64,000 nt of DNA, from assembly GCF_963506605.1 (NCBI RefSeq), contig NC_083278.1, forward strand, positions 72,850,001 to 72,914,000. Direction: 5' to 3'. Shown piece by piece: positions 62,945-64,000 of the stretch (position 1 is the stretch's first letter; each line of letters begins with the position of its first letter). The DNA comes from Zootoca vivipara (lineage: Eukaryota). The notes beneath the pieces are model-generated. The model searched no databases, was not told the origin of the DNA, and worked only from the letters and a program-made list of their open reading frames with translations. Position numbers and translations under genes: made by a program.

Positions 62945-64000
62945 GTATGTACTGCTAAGTGTCCTACCGGTATTGAATTTCTGAGCTACTCTGTCGAAAG
63001 GCTCTTCTCTAACGTGGTTTTGTGTTCCTGAACAATATTGGGTAAAATGGCTGGATGAAAATGGAACATGCTTTAATCCCCTGACCCCAGCAAACAACTC
63101 GGCAGCCACATGGCATCACTGTGGCATCACAATAGACGGGTGGATTGCCACGCTCACCGGTCAAAATCGCTTGTGCTTACAGTGATCTTTGCAGCAGTCT
63201 TTCTTCATCGCTGTGTGATTGGAGCAGTCTCTCAGAGCCGATGTCTCCATGAAGCAGACATCAGCTCCGGCAGGGACTGCTCCATCGTGCAGCAATGAAG
63301 GAAACAATTTGTCTGCAGCTTTCACTGCCTGCTCAAGGCTGAGCTTTTTTAGAGACTGAAGGAATCAGTGGAGGTGGGCTGTCCAAGAAGGTCCTGTCTA
63401 TCAGCTGACATCACCAGTGATGTCAGTTAATGGGCATTGTTTGGAGAAAATGGTCTCTTGGCCCAAATTGGACCCCCTGGCAGGCCCAGATTGGCCCGAA
63501 CTTCCACACCCCTGGGAGGGAGGGATGGCTAGAAAATTCGTGCAATAGATACTGTTCATGTGATAGATACTGAATGCCCTGCCTTGCTTGAGTAGAAGTG
63601 CTTTCTGCTGGCACAAAGTCACTATTGGATACAACCCAATGAAGATGCACTGAGTCTGTCCTGACTCCTTTATATTACAAATCTTAGTGACCTCTCCAAC
63701 ACAATCAAAATAAATTCAGGAAATTTTGGTAGGGAGTCTGCTGTCCAGTTTGAGTCAAAGAGTTAATCTTCAGTGCTAACATACCTCATAGGTTTGTTGT
63801 GCTAAAATGGGGAGCAAACCATGTTTATTGGATGAATGGTCCTGTTTGGTTTAAATTATTTTCTGCCTCAAATACTGTACCAGGAATGAATCCTATTTCA
63901 GATGAGTTGGCTATACTCTTCCATAGAGATTGTCCTCTGCCACCATATCCAGACGCCTTATGCAGTGGGTTTTGATTATACACAGAGTTCATGGGTTATT

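Noticed and set aside
63030-63514. GC-richer segment with palindrome CTGACATCACCAGTGATGTCAG and a CACACCCCTG terminus
   Set aside because: Probably an old hAT MITE or other repeat, but I could not define the second TIR or a TSD, so no feature was called.

Overview
Eukaryotic (vertebrate) genomic DNA from a squamate reptile, most likely a lacertid lizard (inferred from a Podarcis-type Sauria SINE, Squam3 SINE, BovB/RTE, CR1, L2 and Penelope content). The window holds the conserved URB2(-)/TAF5L(+)/ABCB10(+)/NUP133(+) block: the 5' part of URB2 (3 coding exons, the last >2.4 kb and running off the left edge), complete TAF5L (4 coding exons, 590 aa), complete ABCB10 (13 exons, 701 aa) and exons 1-22 of NUP133. 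URB2 and TAF5L share a CpG-island bidirectional promoter. Introns and intergenic DNA are dense in transposon relics, many with intact target-site duplications (TSDs). The most notable non-genic signal is two Penelope-like insertions bracketing the first coding exon of TAF5L. Each carries a minimal hammerhead ribozyme on the minus strand plus long inverted arms. Other signals are an orphan 66-bp-stem hairpin in ABCB10 intron 11, a strong-Kozak uORF in the TAF5L leader, a DIRS tyrosine-recombinase relic, and stacked hAT MITEs sharing one target site. No prokaryotic features (CRISPR, operons, rRNA) and no wholly new system can be claimed from the sequence alone. Gene identities rest on my recall of the vertebrate orthologues, not on a database search.
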